A stretch of 53,708 bases of DNA from Bacillota bacterium (lineage in GTDB: Bacteria; Bacillota_I; Bacilli_A; RF39; UBA660). The notes under the pieces were generated by a model. That model was given only the letters and a program-made list of their open reading frames with translations, had not been told where the DNA came from and did no database searches. The stretch is from NCBI GenBank assembly GCA_015059375.1, contig SVAN01000006.1:1-53708 (forward strand), given 5' to 3'. Positions 49,647-53,708 of the stretch are shown in pieces; the first letter of the stretch is position 1, and the number at the start of each line of letters is the position of its first letter. The translations under genes and the position numbers were made by a program.

Positions 49647-50786
49647 ATGAAAAAATTTCTTTTATTGATATTAATGTATTTTATGTTAATTCCTAGTGTT
49701 GGAGCATTAGAAATGGAAACTGCAGCGAAAAGTGCTATTTTAATTGATCAAAACACTGGGACTATTTTATATAAAAAAAATGAAAATGAAAGACTTCCAA
49801 TGGCATCTATGACGAAAATAATGAGTTTACTTTTAATAATGGAGAAAATTAATGATGGTTCGTTATCGTATGATGATGAAGTTCAAATTTCAGAAGAAAG
49901 TTCATCGATGGGTGGTTCTCAAATTTTTTTACAAACTGGTGATCAATATAAGGTGCGCGAACTTTTGAAAAGTGTTGCCATGGCCTCAGCAAATGATGCA
50001 GTAGTGGCTTTAGCAGAAAAAACCTATGGATCAAAAGAAGCTTTTATTGAAGCGATGAATAAGAAGGCTAAAAATTTAGGCCTTACGAATACTAATTTTG
50101 TTAATGTTCATGGTTTGGATGAAGACAATCATTACTCATCAGCATCAGATATGGCATTTATGGCCAGAGAATTACTTAAATACGAAGATATTTTAACATT
50201 TACTTCCGTTTATGAGGAATATTTACAAAAACCTGATGGTTCCCAAATTTGGCTTGTAAATACCAATAAATTAGTAAGATTTTATGAAGGCGTTGATGGC
50301 TTAAAAACGGGATATACGCAAGGAGCAGGTTATTGTTTGACTGCTACAGGGAAAAGAAATAATCTGAGACTAATTAGTGTTGTTATGGGCGAAGAAAGTA
50401 TTGAAATGCGTAGCCAAGATACGGTCAAACTTTTAAACTATGGTTTTAACACTTACAAAGTTAATTTGATTAAAAGTAAAGAAGAAGTACTTGGCAAAAT
50501 TTCTGTAAAAAAAGGTAAAAAAGAATATGCTGAAGTAGTTTTAGTCAATGATGCAATAGAATTATTAAATGTTAATGATAAAATTAGTAACTACCAATTT
50601 GAATTGTCCTTGGATAAAGTTGTTGCTCCGGTAAAAAAAGGCGAAATTATTGGTAAAGTAAAGATTTTTGATAGCAATAAAAAATTAATTAATGAAGTTG
50701 AAATTACAGTTAAAGAAAACATCGAAAAAGCAAATATATGGGATTTGTTTATAAGAAATTTGCGATTAGTTATGGCATTTAAGTAA
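49647..50786 (+). CDS. D-alanyl-D-alanine carboxypeptidase (peptidase S11, DacF/DacA-like)
   Basis: Signal peptide; SMTK, SAN and KTG penicillin-binding motifs; C-terminal amphipathic helix. Confidence 0.93.
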   Translation: MKKFLLLILMYFMLIPSVGALEMETAAKSAILIDQNTGTILYKKNENERLPMASMTKIMSLLLIMEKINDGSLSYDDEVQISEESSSMGGSQIFLQTGDQYKVRELLKSVAMASANDAVVALAEKTYGSKEAFIEAMNKKAKNLGLTNTNFVNVHGLDEDNHYSSASDMAFMARELLKYEDILTFTSVYEEYLQKPDGSQIWLVNTNKLVRFYEGVDGLKTGYTQGAGYCLTATGKRNNLRLISVVMGEESIEMRSQDTVKLLNYGFNTYKVNLIKSKEEVLGKISVKKGKKEYAEVVLVNDAIELLNVNDKISNYQFELSLDKVVAPVKKGEIIGKVKIFDSNKKLINEVEITVKENIEKANIWDLFIRNLRLVMAFK

Positions 50787-50789
50787 AAA

Positions 50790-51629
50790 TTATTGTCTTT
50801 TTTCTCTTTTTATTAATTTAGCGTGCAGCACTACTTTTTCTGTATTATTATAACAAGTAGACAAAGTTAAAACATTATCATTTGCTGATATTGATGTATT
50901 AAAATTATGAACGCTTCTATTAATTAACATTTCCGTCCAGGCTTTGAATGTATTATTGTTTGCAAAATTAACTTTAATATAATCGTTGGTTGTGGGAATT
51001 CGATAAATGCTAAATACTTGCCATAAAGTATTTTCGTTTTCAGTAGATAGCTTAACGATATGATTGTTAGTATCATTTAACCAGGAAGGTTCTAAAGTAT
51101 TTTTTAATGATCCAAACATTGTGTTGTCAATTCGGCCATGAGCATAAATAATTGTATTTTGACTTAAATTATTTATATTATTTCGGTAATCAAGAAAAAC
51201 CCATCCCGCGCTATTATAACTTTTATCAAACGAGTGATTTAAATAGTAGGCATTATCATCGCTTTGAACAAATGGGTAATTAATATTTGTGCCGCTTACT
51301 TGAATCCATCCTCGAGTACTAGAATTAATTTGTTTTAAATTAGTAAAATCAACATTAATTAAATTCATATTTATATAATCCCAGTATGGATTTGTTTTAG
51401 GAATTTCAATTTCAGGTGCAATTATTTGCGTTATATTTTCAGTGGTTTCAACAATCTGTTCGATAATGGTTATTTGTTGAACCTTTTTTATTTGGGTTGA
51501 AGTTTTCAAAGAATGAAATTTCCAAATGAGAAGATTAATAATTGAGGCAAATAAAAAAATAAAACAAAGTAATAAAATAATTAGTACAATTAAATTTTTC
51601 CATTTTAGCTTTCTTTTTTTGACCTTCAT
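50790..51629 (-). CDS. srtB: Class B sortase
   Basis: N-terminal TM; GWI...TNINYP..Q..DN.YYL.H, G.VFLD, IIYAH, MFGSL, LTLSTC. Confidence 0.88.
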   Translation of the reverse strand: MKVKKRKLKWKNLIVLIILLLCFIFLFASIINLLIWKFHSLKTSTQIKKVQQITIIEQIVETTENITQIIAPEIEIPKTNPYWDYINMNLINVDFTNLKQINSSTRGWIQVSGTNINYPFVQSDDNAYYLNHSFDKSYNSAGWVFLDYRNNINNLSQNTIIYAHGRIDNTMFGSLKNTLEPSWLNDTNNHIVKLSTENENTLWQVFSIYRIPTTNDYIKVNFANNNTFKAWTEMLINRSVHNFNTSISANDNVLTLSTCYNNTEKVVLHAKLIKREKRQ

Positions 51630-51745
51630 GGTAAACTCCTAAAATAATCATATCATAAAAGAATGTGAAGTTGATGACAATCGTAAAAAAAACATCTAAA
51701 ATTAACAAAAATATGTTATTCTTATAATAAGAGGAGAATAATAGA

Positions 51746-53575
51746 ATGAAGACATTCAAAAAAATTGTTAATGTATTTTTATTAGTAGTTTCAATGTTTC
51801 TTATGACTGTAGATGTATTTGCAAATACCGAATTTACAGACGTAAGTACAGCTGAGGAGCTTAAGGAAGCAATTACTGCTGGGGAAAATGTTAAATTAGT
51901 AGAAAGTTTTGAGTTATCTGAAGAGATAAAGATGTCACAGCAAAATATTACTTTAGATTTAAACGGTAATACAATTACCGGAAAAGATGCTGGAAAAGTA
52001 AATTTTACGCTTTTTTATGTTTTTAAAGGTGAATTTACAGTAATAGATTCTCAAGGTAATGGCAAAATTACTTTAGAAGCCGAAAATAATCGTGGTTGGG
52101 GTTCAATGTCGGTTGTTATAGGTATAAGAGCAGGAATTGTTAACATTAAGGGAGGAAGTTTTGAACATCTTGGTGGTACTGATATGGCGTATGCAATAGA
52201 TGTTAGTTCTAATTCATATGGTGATGTAACATTAAATGTTGAAGATGGTAAATTACGTTCAACGTATACTGCGATTCGTCTTTATATGTCACCGGCGGGA
52301 ACTTGTTACGTAAATATTAAAGACGGAGATATTGATGGAAGCACAAGCGCAATATGGGCGCAAGCACCATCTGATAATGCTGGGCAAAAAGGCGAAATTA
52401 AAATTTCGGGTGGTAATATTGGTGTAATTAATACTGCTCGTAATACGGCATCTGATGTTAGTGTAGAAATTTTAGGTGGAACATTTAAAAATTTTAAAAC
52501 TGAAAATGGGGAACTTAAAATAAAAGGTGGTCACGTTGCAGGCACTTTGAACATTTTAAATGCAAATGGTGAAACAGTAACTAGTGATTCAATTGTCAGT
52601 GGCGGAACATTTACTATTTATCCCGAAGGCTATGTAGATGCAGATGCAATCGAAGCAACAATCACTAAGGAAGATGAATCGGTTTTATATGTATTTGGCC
52701 TAGAAAATGTTAAAGAAATAGTTCATTCATTAGTTAAAGGCGATGTCATTTTAGTAAATGGTGATGCTGAACTTGTTGAAGTACCAATTGGGGTTACTGT
52801 AAAAGCTAAAGACGGAAGCCAAGTTACGGCCAATGGCAAAGAAGTTACTAAAGATGGGTTAACTATTGAGTCAACAGTTAAAGTAGAAATTTCTGTTTTA
52901 GAACCAACCGAAGAAGTTAAGAAAGTGGAAGTTGGTGTCAGTAACGCTGAAGCTACTGAGGAAGTATTAAATGAGACTTTAGAATTAATCAAAAATGATG
53001 AGAATAATAAAGCCTTAGCGGATATTATTAAAAATAACCATGTTAAGATTCAAGTAAGTATTGATGTAATTGATGAAAATTCTAATGAAACAATTGATGA
53101 AAAGATTATTAAAGAAATGAAAGATTCATTCAATGATGTAACATTAGCTACTTTCTTTGACATTGATATTGAAATAACGAATGCTAAAACTGATGAAGTT
53201 CTTGGGACTGTAAGTTCACTTTCAAAAGATATTGAATTAAAAGTTTTATTGCCGGAAGCTTTACAAAATTCTAGTGATAACGTAACAAGAACATACTATA
53301 TAATTCGTCGTCATGTAACAGATGATGGTGTAAAGATTGAAAAATTAGATGCAACCTTATCGGAAGACGGAAAATCATTAAGTTTTAAGTCAGCAGATTT
53401 CTCTGAATATGCAATTGCGTATAGCGATACTTTAGTAAAAGTAGAGGAAACCCCAGATACTTATGATGGATTAGGTAAGATTGCAATTTTAGGAACAATT
53501 TCACTAATCGGACTTGTAGTTTCAGCAATTTATATTAAAAAAGAAATGAATAAAAAAGTAACACCTTATAAATAG
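51746..53575 (+). CDS. Cell-surface protein with C-terminal sorting signal
   Basis: Signal peptide; GG-rich beta-helix-like N-terminal region; YYIIRRH...FSEYAIAY domain; TPDTYD followed by a TM helix and KKEMNKK tail. Confidence 0.82.
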   Translation: MKTFKKIVNVFLLVVSMFLMTVDVFANTEFTDVSTAEELKEAITAGENVKLVESFELSEEIKMSQQNITLDLNGNTITGKDAGKVNFTLFYVFKGEFTVIDSQGNGKITLEAENNRGWGSMSVVIGIRAGIVNIKGGSFEHLGGTDMAYAIDVSSNSYGDVTLNVEDGKLRSTYTAIRLYMSPAGTCYVNIKDGDIDGSTSAIWAQAPSDNAGQKGEIKISGGNIGVINTARNTASDVSVEILGGTFKNFKTENGELKIKGGHVAGTLNILNANGETVTSDSIVSGGTFTIYPEGYVDADAIEATITKEDESVLYVFGLENVKEIVHSLVKGDVILVNGDAELVEVPIGVTVKAKDGSQVTANGKEVTKDGLTIESTVKVEISVLEPTEEVKKVEVGVSNAEATEEVLNETLELIKNDENNKALADIIKNNHVKIQVSIDVIDENSNETIDEKIIKEMKDSFNDVTLATFFDIDIEITNAKTDEVLGTVSSLSKDIELKVLLPEALQNSSDNVTRTYYIIRRHVTDDGVKIEKLDATLSEDGKSLSFKSADFSEYAIAYSDTLVKVEETPDTYDGLGKIAILGTISLIGLVVSAIYIKKEMNKKVTPYK

Positions 53576-53587
53576 GTGTTATTTTTT
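53560..53587 (+). terminator. Intrinsic terminator
   Basis: AACACCT-tataaat-AGGTGTT followed by ATTTTTT. Confidence 0.65.
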
Positions 53588-53594
53588 ATTGTAT

Positions 53595-53708
53595 GAAGAA
53601 AACCCCCAGATAGTCTGGGGGTTCGGTAAAGCTTTAGCGTTGAGTTGAAAATAAAAACTCCTTCTAATATAATATTTACTGCGACCGCCAGGAAGCAGAA
53701 ATAATATT
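53595..53708 (+). mobile_element. Probable left end of an IS200/IS605-family element, cut by the window edge
   Basis: GC-rich subterminal hairpin AACCCCCAGA-tag-TCTGGGGGTT (53601-53623) without a U-tract; promoter TTGAAA-17-TATAAT (53645-53673); anti-RBS CTCCTTCT and a further stem TATTT(A)CTGC...GCAGAAATA. No transposase is visible. Confidence 0.6.

Noticed and set aside
5087-52992. Numerous 60-145 aa antisense ORFs inside long genes (e.g. 5087..5374, 12335..12619, 27986..28348, 45062..45499, 52723..52992)
   Set aside because: They are fully nested opposite well-supported genes, have no RBS or motifs, and are expected from codon bias.

Overview
AT-rich chromosomal segment of a walled, low-GC Bacillota genome. 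Genetic code 11 is used. The gene set (LtaS, LCP, TagO/TagA/TagGH, Mur-ligase-like, D,D-carboxypeptidase, class B sortase) fits a reduced-genome Bacilli lineage, but that placement is inference. Left to right: decayed MATE and GNAT remnants beside tRNA-Gly(GCC); an ltaS-X-lcp operon; sufC-sufD(short)-sufS-sufU without sufB; a Val T-box leader ahead of an HD-domain gene and valS; a 55-aa tandem-repeat protein; Hsp20, thermonuclease and ZIP transporter genes; an SH3/glucosaminidase/dockerin autolysin next to a membrane-anchored cohesin-like protein; an aminopeptidase, tRNA-Glu(CTC), a heterodimeric ABC exporter and typA; a ~14.6 kb cell-wall glycopolymer cluster; yebC-ftsY-ylxM; a GT-C-like membrane protein; a divergent Mur ligase plus alpha/beta hydrolase; a DD-carboxypeptidase; a sortase B with a divergent candidate substrate; and a probable IS200/IS605 end at the right edge. 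Most interesting: (1) a non-cellulosomal cohesin-dockerin pair that may tether a peptidoglycan hydrolase to the membrane; (2) a glycopolymer locus with teichoic-acid linkage-unit genes but no polyol-phosphate polymerase, a ligase/polymerase-TagA fusion and two ribofuranosyltransferase-like paralogues; (3) an atypical T-box terminator. All calls come from manual motif reading; no searches were run.
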